Shown: in pieces, positions 47,082 to 57,899 of the stretch
Layout: every line of letters begins with the position of its first letter
Numbering within the stretch: the stretch's first letter is position 1
Virus genome (UHGV): UHGV-0318153
Source: a virus
Strand: one strand, 5' to 3'
Length of the DNA stretch: 64,000 nucleotides
Translations under genes and position numbers: made by a program
Notes under the pieces: generated by a model
The model's input: the letters and a program-made list of their open reading frames with translations, nothing else
What the model was told of the DNA's origin: nothing
The model's database searches: none

Positions 47082-49730
47082 TTATTCTTTTAAATCATTT
47101 AATAAAGATGTTCTAATATATTCATAATCATTAAGTCTACCATAAGCTGTTGCAATTTTAGCAGCTATATTATTTATTTGTTCTTTTATGGCATCATTTA
47201 TTTCATCAGGTGTATAGCTTGTATCTTGATATATATCTCCAGATATTAAACTATCTTTTATTTGATGATAATTTTCAATACTTTCTGTTATATCAACAGC
47301 AGCTTTTCTAGAAATAGGATAAGTTCCTGTATCTGTTTTATATACAAATTGATTATTACCTAAACAATCTATAGTTTGCCCACCTAATGTTGGAGTTTCA
47401 ATAGAACTTGTTAAATATATTTTTCTATTAGTTTCATTACCTAAAGTGATTTTATCTGAAGCAATTGTTTTAGGACTATTATCAAATTCATTAGCTGCTT
47501 GTTCTAATATAAGACCAGGAATAAAGAATGTTTGAGCATCACCTTTAGGCGTTCCATCTTGGTCAGTCGCTGCATATATTGTAATATTTGTACCATTACC
47601 ATGAACAGCATTGTGAGCAGCACTTGCTGTATATCTACCAGCACCTACAGCAGCTTTAATTAATTTTCCTACTTCTAATCTATCTTCACTTTCAATTTGT
47701 TTACTTAATGTTCCAACACCATCAGTATCTTCAGTTGTAAATATATTTACTTGAGGATAATTAGCACTAATAAGTTTATTTTCTAAATCAGCTTTTAGTT
47801 GTTTATCATAAAGATTATATTGTTGTTCATCAATTTTACCTAAAGTATAATCATGCAATAACTTTTGTTCAGTAAAAGTTTGATAAGGAAGATTTTCATT
47901 AGATACAGTAATTTGTTGAGGAGCAATATCAGCAAATCTACGTTTTACATTATTATTAGCATTTTCATATATTCTGTATATATCATGCATTAATAATGGT
48001 ACTGCATATTTATCATTATAATTTGCACCTCCATTTCTTGTTACTGTATTACCATTTGCAGTTAAAACATTATAGTGAACATCATCAAATAATGATTCAC
48101 CAAAACTCATTCTATCTTTGCTTTCTTTTATAGCATTAGCAAAAGATATAATTTGATTATAATTATCTTTATCTAATTCAATATATTTATTACCAGCAGA
48201 ATCAACACCTATTCTATATCCTAATTCTTTTAAACCACTATTTGTATTACCTGATAATATAGTTTTTAGATTAGTATAAAAATTATCACTATCTGTTGTT
48301 ATTCTTAAATATTTACCAGCATCACCAAATATTGAATTAACTTTATCAATAACTTGTTTACCTTCAGCTGTTGTAGCATCAATATCTGCTCCACCATTTA
48401 CTTTAGAAATAAATCGCATTGTTGAAGCATCTTCTTTTCCTAAACCTTTTGTCAATTCTTTATAATTAACATTAGCTTCTTCTAATTTACGAATAGCTTT
48501 TCTACTTTCTAATATTAATTTAGATTTTTCAGCTGGAGTTAAATTACTATTAGCAACAGTTGTTTCTATTAAATTTTTCCAATCAGCAGAAGTAGCATTA
48601 GACATATCTTGTTTAATACCTTCACCTGTTATTGTTTTAACTATTTCATTTAATTTAGCTGTAGAGTTTTGTTTATCTGTTTGAAGATTTGCAGCATAAT
48701 CATAATTAATAGTAATAGGAGTTCCTTCTGTACTATATCCAGGTAATCTATAAGGGTCTTGTAATTGTTTTTGTGCTGATGCTTGTTGAGCTTTTAAAGC
48801 AGCTTTATAAGTTGCAAGACCATTACCATAAGTAGTAGTTGTATAACTTCTATTATATATAGCAGCTTGAATACCTGGTTCTAGTCTTTTTTGCAGATAT
48901 TGTTCAGGAGATAAAGTAGCACCATTTTTATCTTCAACATCAGGATTTGCTCCATATTTATTTTGTTTATAAATAGCAACATCATAATCTTGTTTAAGAC
49001 TAGCTTTAATTCCAGGCGTTGTTTCAATATATGCTTGAATACCTTTCATTATTTTATCTCTGCCAAGACTTTCCCATTGATTAGTTGTAGTATTATATAC
49101 TTGACCATCAAAAACATTATCTGCTGTTGGGTCTGTTATTACTTTTCCATTTTTATCTAAAAATCTTGTAATATTACTTCTACCAGCATCTTTAGCAGCT
49201 AATTCTATACCACCTTTTAATATATTAATTAATGGTATTTCTGATACAACTTCTTTTGTTGGTTTCCAATCTGTACCACCAATAATATTACCATTATCAT
49301 CAAATTTATCTTGATAACTATAAGTATTTATTTCTTTAAAAACATTTTTATAATCTTCTGATAAATCTGTTCTTTTATCTAAATCTTCTATATATTGTTT
49401 ATACTGTTGTTGAGCTTTTAATCTACCACGAACATCAGCTCCTGTAAGCATTTTTGTTCCTTGTGTTATAATATCATTCAGTGCATATCCTTTAAAACCA
49501 TCTATTGACGCATCATTTATCATTGTCTGAAGTTCATTCATTTTATTAGTACGCCATTCATCTTCTGTACTATTTAAATCTAATTCAGCAAATTTTTGTT
49601 GTATAAGATTTTCTTTTTCAATAGCTAAATCATGTCTTTGTTGTAAATAATCATAAGTTTTAGCAACTTCTTCTAGATTATGTTTAGGAGTATAAGCATA
49701 ATCTTTATATCTAAATGTATTTAAAGCCAT
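47082..49730 (-). CDS. large structural/tail-associated hypothetical protein (882 aa)
   Basis: long ORF in the virion-protein block. Confidence 0.6.
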   Translation of the reverse strand: MALNTFRYKDYAYTPKHNLEEVAKTYDYLQQRHDLAIEKENLIQQKFAELDLNSTEDEWRTNKMNELQTMINDASIDGFKGYALNDIITQGTKMLTGADVRGRLKAQQQYKQYIEDLDKRTDLSEDYKNVFKEINTYSYQDKFDDNGNIIGGTDWKPTKEVVSEIPLINILKGGIELAAKDAGRSNITRFLDKNGKVITDPTADNVFDGQVYNTTTNQWESLGRDKIMKGIQAYIETTPGIKASLKQDYDVAIYKQNKYGANPDVEDKNGATLSPEQYLQKRLEPGIQAAIYNRSYTTTTYGNGLATYKAALKAQQASAQKQLQDPYRLPGYSTEGTPITINYDYAANLQTDKQNSTAKLNEIVKTITGEGIKQDMSNATSADWKNLIETTVANSNLTPAEKSKLILESRKAIRKLEEANVNYKELTKGLGKEDASTMRFISKVNGGADIDATTAEGKQVIDKVNSIFGDAGKYLRITTDSDNFYTNLKTILSGNTNSGLKELGYRIGVDSAGNKYIELDKDNYNQIISFANAIKESKDRMSFGESLFDDVHYNVLTANGNTVTRNGGANYNDKYAVPLLMHDIYRIYENANNNVKRRFADIAPQQITVSNENLPYQTFTEQKLLHDYTLGKIDEQQYNLYDKQLKADLENKLISANYPQVNIFTTEDTDGVGTLSKQIESEDRLEVGKLIKAAVGAGRYTASAAHNAVHGNGTNITIYAATDQDGTPKGDAQTFFIPGLILEQAANEFDNSPKTIASDKITLGNETNRKIYLTSSIETPTLGGQTIDCLGNNQFVYKTDTGTYPISRKAAVDITESIENYHQIKDSLISGDIYQDTSYTPDEINDAIKEQINNIAAKIATAYGRLNDYEYIRTSLLNDLKE

Positions 49731-49732
49731 AG

Positions 49733-51937
49733 TTATTTATTTAATATATAATCCATTATTTCTTGCGGTATCTCTTTGTATCTTGCCCGTAGGGAACGCA
49801 ACACTTCTTCATCACGTAATCTAGCATTTCTATTTATCATATAATTATTAAGACTTCCGCCAATATTACTAAATAGATTACCAATACCAGCTGCATAATT
49901 ACCAAGTTGTGTTGTTCTAACATTATTATTAAATAATAGTTCTTTAATTAAATTGTTAGTATTAAATTGGTCTACGGCAAGTTTAGAATTTGCATTAAAT
50001 TGGTCTACTGCAAGTTTATTACCAATATTAGCCCTATCAACCATCATCTTCAACTGTGCTTTCTGCATTGCTTGTTGCGCTCTTGTAGTTAAGAATTGAT
50101 TATAAGTAGCAGCATTAGCTTGAGCAACTTGCTGTGCATTTAATCTATCTTTATTCATCAATTCTGTTTCTATATTTTCTTTCTGACCATAAACTTGATT
50201 TTTAGATTCTTGTGATTGAATAGCAGCACGTTGTTTTCTAGCTAATGCAACTCTACTACTAGAAGTATTTCTATCAATTTCATTCATAGTTCTTCTAGTT
50301 TCATCTTCAATTTTAGCTAATTGAGGGTTGGCATTATATCGAGTTTTAAGTTTAGCAGCAGCAACAGTAACAGGTGCTTCCAAATCTTTAATTTCAGCAA
50401 GTTTAATTTCAGGAAGATTGGCTAAAGTAGGAGCAGTCATTGTTGGTAAATCAACAGTTGGTATTTTACTATTTATAATAGCACTACTAATAAAATCAAT
50501 AGCACTTCCCCCTAAATTAGTATATAAATTAATTTTATCAAGATTGTTATTAAACCAATCAGTAAATCTATTAAATCTACTTGGTTTTGTATATTGTCTT
50601 GCTAAATTAATTGTATCAACATCTTCTATTTCTTTTGCCATGCTAGCCAAAGAAGGTCTTTTATAAACATCTTCTGTATATCTAGGAATAGAAATTTTAT
50701 CTGGTTGAGTATAAGGAACAGCTAAAGAAGTATCATTAACTATTGGTTTAACTAAATTATTAGTTGATTTTGCATTTGAACTAACAGTTCTTTTGGCAGT
50801 AGTTGATGTAGTTTTAGGATTATAAAAATATGTTCCAATATTACCAACATTTAATTGTGGAATACTAATTGTATTTGTATCAGATGTATTGTTTGCAGGT
50901 TTGCTTGTAGATTTATTTGATATAGTAATTGTGTCAGGAATATATTTTTCTTGAGCTTTTAACCAATCGACAGCTTTAATAGCATTTGTAATGCCATAAG
51001 GATTAGCTTTAGACAAATCAGCTGAAACAGGTACAGCTTCATTTCTTGCATCTACATAATATTTTTGCCCTTTATAATCAAAAGTATCTCCGATTTTATA
51101 TTTATCATTATTTATTCTAAAATCTGTACCAACTTTAGCTTTCTTTCTACCACCGCATTTCATGGTATGAATAAGTCCATTTTTTACATTTCCATTAATA
51201 GTTGTTATCATATTACCTCCATAATTAAATTTAGGATATATATTTAAATTTTTATAATTACGAGTAAAATCTAATCCATCTTGTATTGTATTTATTCTAA
51301 TAGTATCTCCTCTTTCTTCAGCAGATATTTGACCATCCCATTTATTATGTTTATATTTAGGATTAGTAAAATCATGTAATCCACCATTTATATTTTGCAC
51401 TTCTGGATAAATATAATTATTTCCATCTTTATCTGTGCCAACACTTAATTTATGTGTAGCAATTGCTCCAGGAATTTCCCAATCTTTAATATATTGTCTA
51501 TTATTTTGTTTTAATCTTTTAGCAAAATCTTTATCACTATTATTTATTTTATCTATTATATATTGTATATTATTTAATTTATTACCACCATTTCTATATT
51601 TTGTGCCATCATCTTTAATTCTATTTTTATCTTTAAAACTTTCTTGTGCATTAAACACAACATCAGGATTGGCACCACCAAGAACTAATTTAGCTGGAGA
51701 GCCTGCCCGTAGGAAAGGAACAGAACTAAATACTCTTACTTCATTAGGTTTCATCTGCATTACTTCTCCACCTTCAACTTCTAAATCTTTTCCAACATCA
51801 ACTCCACCATTAGAATGTTTACGTCCAGCAATATAATACATATTATTGCCTAAATCAATAGCTTTACCACCACGAATAATATTAGGTGTAATGGTACTAT
51901 TACTATTAATCGGTCTTACAATTTTATTCTTTCTCAT
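49733..51937 (-). CDS. structural hypothetical protein (734 aa) with coiled-coil C-terminal region and in-frame tandem KLAVDQFN duplication
   Basis: long ORF; tandem ~30-bp repeat at 49964-50023. Confidence 0.6.
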   Translation of the reverse strand: MRKNKIVRPINSNSTITPNIIRGGKAIDLGNNMYYIAGRKHSNGGVDVGKDLEVEGGEVMQMKPNEVRVFSSVPFLRAGSPAKLVLGGANPDVVFNAQESFKDKNRIKDDGTKYRNGGNKLNNIQYIIDKINNSDKDFAKRLKQNNRQYIKDWEIPGAIATHKLSVGTDKDGNNYIYPEVQNINGGLHDFTNPKYKHNKWDGQISAEERGDTIRINTIQDGLDFTRNYKNLNIYPKFNYGGNMITTINGNVKNGLIHTMKCGGRKKAKVGTDFRINNDKYKIGDTFDYKGQKYYVDARNEAVPVSADLSKANPYGITNAIKAVDWLKAQEKYIPDTITISNKSTSKPANNTSDTNTISIPQLNVGNIGTYFYNPKTTSTTAKRTVSSNAKSTNNLVKPIVNDTSLAVPYTQPDKISIPRYTEDVYKRPSLASMAKEIEDVDTINLARQYTKPSRFNRFTDWFNNNLDKINLYTNLGGSAIDFISSAIINSKIPTVDLPTMTAPTLANLPEIKLAEIKDLEAPVTVAAAKLKTRYNANPQLAKIEDETRRTMNEIDRNTSSSRVALARKQRAAIQSQESKNQVYGQKENIETELMNKDRLNAQQVAQANAATYNQFLTTRAQQAMQKAQLKMMVDRANIGNKLAVDQFNANSKLAVDQFNTNNLIKELLFNNNVRTTQLGNYAAGIGNLFSNIGGSLNNYMINRNARLRDEEVLRSLRARYKEIPQEIMDYILNK
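49779..49797 (-). repeat. dispersed element copy, B orientation (TATCTTGCCCGTAGGGAAC)
   Basis: gene reads RSLRAR, yet another reading frame. Confidence 0.85.
51701..51718 (-). repeat. degenerate dispersed element copy (GCCTGCCCGTAGGAAAGG)
   Basis: gene reads FLRAGS. Confidence 0.6.
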
Positions 51938-52045
51938 TGTTATAAAAATTAATCATTCTCATGCGTTCTAAGCGATTTTCTGACATCGACCTTTGCAATT
52001 AATCAATCGAAAAAAGATAATCGCTTAGACGCAAAAAGAATGTGG

Positions 52046-52744
52046 TTAGTATTTGCGTTTTGACCTATTTCGGAATACTGATTTGCCACCTGCACGGAAT
52101 CTCATAGTCGGCATATTATTTTGTCCATTATTGGTAACAGCACTAGTTCCAACATATTGTGCATTATTTTGTCCAACTTGTTTACCTGTATAACTATTAG
52201 CAATAGATTTATCTACTTCAAGATTAGCAACTACAGGGTTATGATATTTAAGTCTATCACTATAATCAAGTTTATAAGCTGGAACTCCAGTTTGAGCAGT
52301 CGCAGCAGATATAATATTTCCAATACCACTATCAACAGCTGAAGCTATACCAAACCATGCTTTTTGTCTATCACCACATTTGCATTTCTTTTTACCACCA
52401 TATCGCATAAATCTATTCTTAAATTCTTTATTAATATCGGCAGTAGTTCCATACGCTTGTGTTAAACTTTGCGCACTTTGTATTCCAACTTTTTGAGCAG
52501 AAAGTTCATTTTGTTGTTTATTAAGTTCTTCTTGCGCTTCAACTTCTGCAAGTTGTTGTTGGTAATTAGCATCAATTTGGGCTTGAGCATTTGCCATTTG
52601 TTGATTAATAGCAGCTTGTTGATTTGCAGCTTGTATTTTTGCAGCTTGCGCTTGTGCTTGTGCTTGTTTTTTTTGTTTACGAGCACCTATAATACCACTA
52701 ATAATACCAAATAATGCTTTTTGTCTTTTACATCTATTTTTCAT
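52046..52744 (-). CDS. Gln/Ala-rich coiled-coil protein (232 aa)
   Basis: QAQAQAQAAKIQAANQQAA... low-complexity helix-former; two CxC pairs. Confidence 0.5.
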   Translation of the reverse strand: MKNRCKRQKALFGIISGIIGARKQKKQAQAQAQAAKIQAANQQAAINQQMANAQAQIDANYQQQLAEVEAQEELNKQQNELSAQKVGIQSAQSLTQAYGTTADINKEFKNRFMRYGGKKKCKCGDRQKAWFGIASAVDSGIGNIISAATAQTGVPAYKLDYSDRLKYHNPVVANLEVDKSIANSYTGKQVGQNNAQYVGTSAVTNNGQNNMPTMRFRAGGKSVFRNRSKRKY

Positions 52745-52746
52745 AA

Positions 52747-55700
52747 TTATTTATTAAAATAAGATTGAACATCTTTTATTACTATCTCTCGTGCATTATC
52801 TCTAAATATAATTCTAACAACTATATATTTTCCTGCCATTAATTTATTATCATTGTATCTATTATCATTAAGAGTTAAATCTGGATTTATTTCTCCGCTA
52901 ATTCGATTTGTAATATTTTCATATTTATAATCAGCAACTTTGTTTTTGAAATAATTAAAATTCCATCTACCAAAATCATAAAATGGTTTTTTATAATCTT
53001 TAATAGATTTTCTTTCTTCTCTTATATTAAGTTCTCCACTATAACAACAATTACTATATAACTTTACTTTTAATATTTCAAATGGAGTATCATACTTATT
53101 AGTTATATATGTTATAAAATCAAGAACTTTTATTTGATTATAATTGCCATTATTAAAATATACATCTATATAAGAACAAGTTACATTATCTATTATTTCA
53201 TTATAAAAATCTTTATTTAAAACATTATCTATATATTCATTATAAGTTGTTTTAGAAAACTCTTTTAATTTAAAAACAGTATCCTTATCTATTATATAAA
53301 TATTATCTTTCATTGATATAAAAGGATAATTGCTTGTATAACTATGAGCAGATAACCAATCATTATTAACAAGATTATAACTTAATATATTACTATTATT
53401 ATCTTCATCTATAAAATTAAATAATAATCTACTTCTTACATTATCTTCTCCTATATAAATATGTTTAATATTTTTACTTCTAATATAATTTATAATGCCA
53501 GTAGTTATTTCTGTAATAGAATTATTATCATAACGATAAATTACTTTAGCATTGGAATCATAAAATATATAACCATAACTACCAACACTATAAGATATAA
53601 AATCTTGAAAACCAGCAAAACCTCTTTCTGTAGTAAATACTTCTTGATAATTAACTTCAAATACATCTGGCATTAACATCTGTACATCTTTATCTTGTGT
53701 TTTTAATGTATTATCAACATTGAATACAAACATTGATTTTTCAGTATGTACAATTAATAATGTGCCAGCAGCCACAATGTTTGTTATCGCACCTTTATTT
53801 TCTGTTATTCTTTTATATGCTTCAACTTGAAAATTCTTCCATCTATTTTCAATAGATTCATCAGATATAACATCACTACGATAAACAGTTTGATAATAAT
53901 TCTCAATAGTGTTTGATATTAAATCGCTTCTATAATTATATATCAACTTTGTTAGATAATCATAATAACAAGCCTCAAGTTTAAATAATTCATTAGCTCT
54001 ACTAGGTTCTATTACGGTATTAATTTTTTGTATATTTGTTGAATCATCACTATAATTATAAGCTATTGTTCTAGGAAGATAATTAGCTTTTTTAGCAAAC
54101 AAAGGATAATGACTAAAATGTAAATATCTAACAGCAAATACATGTGGTTCACGAGTGCCATCAGCTATAACATTATCTTGATAAAATAATTTCTTTGTTG
54201 TATAATTAGTAGGATTAGCAACTGTATCTGATATTAAAACACCATCATAATGGAATTGATAAACACTATTCATTTGCAAATAATAATTATTATTATATTT
54301 ATAATTTGCATCATCTCCATAATTTCCAGTTGCTCCTGTTTTTAATTTAATAAATCCTAATGGTATTAATTTTTTATCTTTCTTACCATAGAACGTTTTA
54401 GCTATTTCATAATGTCCATTCGAATCTACTGTTCCTCTTATACCAACATATAATTGATTTGTATTAAAAGTAATTACTTTATTTGCTGTAATTTTTAAAT
54501 GTCCTTCTCTACCAATATTAGTATCTATATTTGGAGTAATAATATTTGTACCCGATACATCATATTTTTCCCCATCAATCAAATTACTATTTTCATAAAC
54601 ATCATAAAATTTTGTTTCATTTTCACTAGAACTTCTTGCTGTTTTACCGCTTAATGTAGCAATTTGTTTTATTATACCAACATCAGTATATCCACCTATT
54701 GTATCAAATTCAGGATAATTAAAATAAAAAGTAGCAGCACTAAGACCTGTTTTATAAGTTGCATTATATAAATAACTATTTATAGCTGTAATCAATCCTT
54801 CGCCTATTTCAACATATTCAGGTTCTTCATAACTAATAAAATAACCAACAGCATCGTCTATTATTGGTATATTTTCAAATACAAATCTAATACCAACTTT
54901 CATATTTTGGTCAGCTCTATAAATATAATCACCGTTATTATTTATATAGCTTTCCATTTTATAATTCATGCCGTTAGTTGTATAACTATTTAATGTTCTA
55001 ATTTGAACACCATCGCTATAAGTTCCATCTTTATAAACATAATGTATAAAGAAAGAATAATAACAATAATTTGTTATATAAGTTTGTTCTTCATTTTTAC
55101 TTAATGTTGATAATTCATCATTTGTTCCAACACAATAAATTCTTACACCAGATGTATCAATATTTTTTAATTTAGTATTAGGATTATCAACTTTATAATT
55201 ACCAAGATAAACTCTATTTCTATAATTACATAAAGTTCCAACATTATAAAAAGATTGCTCACTTACTGTTAATTCATCAAGACTTATAATTTCATCTAAT
55301 AATGATACATTAACTGTTTTAACAACATCATAATCATATTTTACTGTACGTCTAGCTTCAGTTCCACCGTTATAATTAATAATATATCCTAATTCAAATT
55401 GAGTATATAACTTACTTGTTTCTAATATATCATTAATATTTACAACAACATTTAAACTAATATTACAATATTCTAAATCATCGTTATAATAATCATCTAT
55501 TTTAACAACAGTAGGCGTTTTATCGCTTTCAATTTCTCCAACTAAAGCTAAATCTAATGTTTGTTTAGCAATTTGATAATTATATTTATCATAAACAATA
55601 ATAGGCATTCCTATTGGAAACCATAATGTTTTTTCATATTCATTAATATAATAACGAATAAAGAAAACATAAGTACCTGTTCTAATTTTAGAACCTTTAT

Positions 55701-56178
55701 TCAAATAATAATTACTAAAGTTTGCTATTGGAACAATCGGTCTATTTGTATAAATATCATCATCATTATAATTAGCAATATAAACAAATCTATCAAGATT
55801 GATTGTTTTTAAAGCAACATCTTTAGTTGCATTTCTTTCACTAAATGATATTATTAATTCATTATTTACATTATAAGTATATGTTCCAAATACTTCTCCA
55901 CCACACCATTTCCAATTGGTTGTTAATTCTTTATAACTCCCATCTGTCTTAATTCTTGCAATTTTATTATTATCAAAAAATAAAACAAATTCTTCATTAC
56001 AAGAAATTACACCAACAATATTATAACCAGCAGGAATATTAGAAAAATCTATTAATGAATTTTCATTTTGAATATTAATACCATCTGCTGTTAAAATAAT
56101 ATTACTAGCGTGACAAAGTTTACCATCAGACATTTGGTCATACGGAGTATCTAAATCTAATTGCGGTATTACTTTCAT
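52747..56178 (-). CDS. large tail-like structural protein (1143 aa), Asn/Tyr-rich
   Basis: long ORF; composition typical of tail fibre/spike proteins of AT-rich phages. Confidence 0.6.
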   Translation of the reverse strand: MKVIPQLDLDTPYDQMSDGKLCHASNIILTADGINIQNENSLIDFSNIPAGYNIVGVISCNEEFVLFFDNNKIARIKTDGSYKELTTNWKWCGGEVFGTYTYNVNNELIISFSERNATKDVALKTINLDRFVYIANYNDDDIYTNRPIVPIANFSNYYLNKGSKIRTGTYVFFIRYYINEYEKTLWFPIGMPIIVYDKYNYQIAKQTLDLALVGEIESDKTPTVVKIDDYYNDDLEYCNISLNVVVNINDILETSKLYTQFELGYIINYNGGTEARRTVKYDYDVVKTVNVSLLDEIISLDELTVSEQSFYNVGTLCNYRNRVYLGNYKVDNPNTKLKNIDTSGVRIYCVGTNDELSTLSKNEEQTYITNYCYYSFFIHYVYKDGTYSDGVQIRTLNSYTTNGMNYKMESYINNNGDYIYRADQNMKVGIRFVFENIPIIDDAVGYFISYEEPEYVEIGEGLITAINSYLYNATYKTGLSAATFYFNYPEFDTIGGYTDVGIIKQIATLSGKTARSSSENETKFYDVYENSNLIDGEKYDVSGTNIITPNIDTNIGREGHLKITANKVITFNTNQLYVGIRGTVDSNGHYEIAKTFYGKKDKKLIPLGFIKLKTGATGNYGDDANYKYNNNYYLQMNSVYQFHYDGVLISDTVANPTNYTTKKLFYQDNVIADGTREPHVFAVRYLHFSHYPLFAKKANYLPRTIAYNYSDDSTNIQKINTVIEPSRANELFKLEACYYDYLTKLIYNYRSDLISNTIENYYQTVYRSDVISDESIENRWKNFQVEAYKRITENKGAITNIVAAGTLLIVHTEKSMFVFNVDNTLKTQDKDVQMLMPDVFEVNYQEVFTTERGFAGFQDFISYSVGSYGYIFYDSNAKVIYRYDNNSITEITTGIINYIRSKNIKHIYIGEDNVRSRLLFNFIDEDNNSNILSYNLVNNDWLSAHSYTSNYPFISMKDNIYIIDKDTVFKLKEFSKTTYNEYIDNVLNKDFYNEIIDNVTCSYIDVYFNNGNYNQIKVLDFITYITNKYDTPFEILKVKLYSNCCYSGELNIREERKSIKDYKKPFYDFGRWNFNYFKNKVADYKYENITNRISGEINPDLTLNDNRYNDNKLMAGKYIVVRIIFRDNAREIVIKDVQSYFNK

Positions 56179-56999
56179 TATCCTCTAGGTTTAAATGTAT
56201 AATTATAAAAATAATTTTGCCATTCTTTAGTATCAATATCTCCTTGTATTGTATTAATAACACTTGCCTTAGCTTTACTCTTTAATTGCATCCACATATA
56301 ATAAGGATTAGTACCATATTGACTAGCATTAAGATTAAATACAGGATGTTTCATACCACGACATAACATCTTATACATACAATAATAAGCAAGTGCTTCT
56401 ATAAGATTGCCATCGTTTGGAATAACAGGTATTTCTTCTTGAAAATATTCACTATATTGAGTTTCAACTTCAAGATTTTCTATATAAATATAATCAGTAT
56501 TAAAATTTAATTCAATATGATTAGCATCTACTAGCACATAGTTTCTTTCCTCTACGGGCAAGATATAACGGTCAAATGTTATATTTCTTTTATTAATATC
56601 ATCATCGTTATTATGAACAGCAATACTTTCTCCATAAGTAACATCAGACATACCAGAAACTATAGACATTGTATCAGATAGTTCTTCATTATCTGTCTGT
56701 AGCTTGCCCGTAGGGAACTGACAGCCACAATCAACTTTGTCATTTATATTAGCAATAGCACATCCTCTTTTATCATAAACTTTTAATTCATTATTAATTA
56801 TATTACAAGGACTATATGCTATTCTATTATTAACATTAAGTTTTCGTTTTTTCTTAATAACAGAAAGTATTTTTAATTGTTGCATAGCATCAACACACCA
56901 TGCAGGAACTCTATTAATCCAATCACTATTATCAGGATTGAAATCGTTGTCTATTTTTGCGATTATAGACTCCATTGGTAAATTTGTCTTGTTCAGCAT
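56178..56999 (-). CDS. hypothetical structural protein (273 aa) carrying two in-frame repeat copies
   Basis: ORF. Confidence 0.5.
   Translation of the reverse strand: MLNKTNLPMESIIAKIDNDFNPDNSDWINRVPAWCVDAMQQLKILSVIKKKRKLNVNNRIAYSPCNIINNELKVYDKRGCAIANINDKVDCGCQFPTGKLQTDNEELSDTMSIVSGMSDVTYGESIAVHNNDDDINKRNITFDRYILPVEERNYVLVDANHIELNFNTDYIYIENLEVETQYSEYFQEEIPVIPNDGNLIEALAYYCMYKMLCRGMKHPVFNLNASQYGTNPYYMWMQLKSKAKASVINTIQGDIDTKEWQNYFYNYTFKPRG
56547..56567 (+). repeat. dispersed element copy, A orientation
   Basis: ttcctctacgggcaagatata; gene reads ILPVEE. Confidence 0.9.
56697..56718 (-). repeat. dispersed element copy, B orientation
   Basis: ctgtagcttgcccgtagggaac; gene reads FPTGKLQ. Confidence 0.9.
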
Positions 57000-57894
57000 T
57001 TCGTATAAAGTTTAAATAAGACATCTTATCATGTTTAAGTAATATTCCTAATTTATGCGTTATATCACAATTAAGAGCATATATTTCTTCTTTATTTTTA
57101 CATTTACTAGCAATTTCTTCTTGTGTCATTCCACGTAAATTAGCATTTATAGTTTTAATACGTTCAAATTCTGTACTAGTTTTTCGACCAACATATCGAA
57201 GCGTCATTTCTAATTTATAATAATAATTATCTCTTTTATAAGTAATATATTTAACACCATTATATTTAACACCATGTAATTTTGCTATTTCAGCATCTTC
57301 TTTATTATAAGGAATCAAACCTTTAGCACGAATTTCATCTAATTTAGTTTTAGTAGCTTTAAGGTCTGCCATTCTTTTATCTTTTTTACAACCATCAGTT
57401 TTATATCTATTAATAAGAAATTCAATCTTTTCATCAGCAAAAGAATACATATATCCTTCTAATAAACATTTATGAACCCCATATCTATAATAATTATAAA
57501 CAATTCTTTTATATTCAGCAAAACTTAAATTTGCTCTTTTATCAAGTAATACTTTTTTCTTTAATAAGATATGAACTCTTTTTACATCATTAAGATATAC
57601 ATTTAAATTATATAAAACACTACTATTAGAATTATATGCTTCTCCATGACGCATTAATTGTATAACTTCTAATCGTAATTCTTTATTTAATATTCCATCT
57701 TTTATTTCTGGATAATCATCAAGATTAATATCAAAAGTTTTCTTTATATAATCTTTTTTAGAAAAGACAATTTCTTCATGTCTATTTTTTACTTCTAAAG
57801 CTAGTTTTAATTCTTGTTCGACTTTTGTTTTAACATCATTAGTTTCACTTTGAAACTTAGTATAAAAATGTTGCAAATCTATTTCTACTTTCAT
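56932..57894 (-). CDS. hypothetical protein (320 aa)
   Basis: ORF. Confidence 0.5.
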   Translation of the reverse strand: MKVEIDLQHFYTKFQSETNDVKTKVEQELKLALEVKNRHEEIVFSKKDYIKKTFDINLDDYPEIKDGILNKELRLEVIQLMRHGEAYNSNSSVLYNLNVYLNDVKRVHILLKKKVLLDKRANLSFAEYKRIVYNYYRYGVHKCLLEGYMYSFADEKIEFLINRYKTDGCKKDKRMADLKATKTKLDEIRAKGLIPYNKEDAEIAKLHGVKYNGVKYITYKRDNYYYKLEMTLRYVGRKTSTEFERIKTINANLRGMTQEEIASKCKNKEEIYALNCDITHKLGILLKHDKMSYLNFIRNAEQDKFTNGVYNRKNRQRFQS

Positions 57895-57899
57895 AATTA

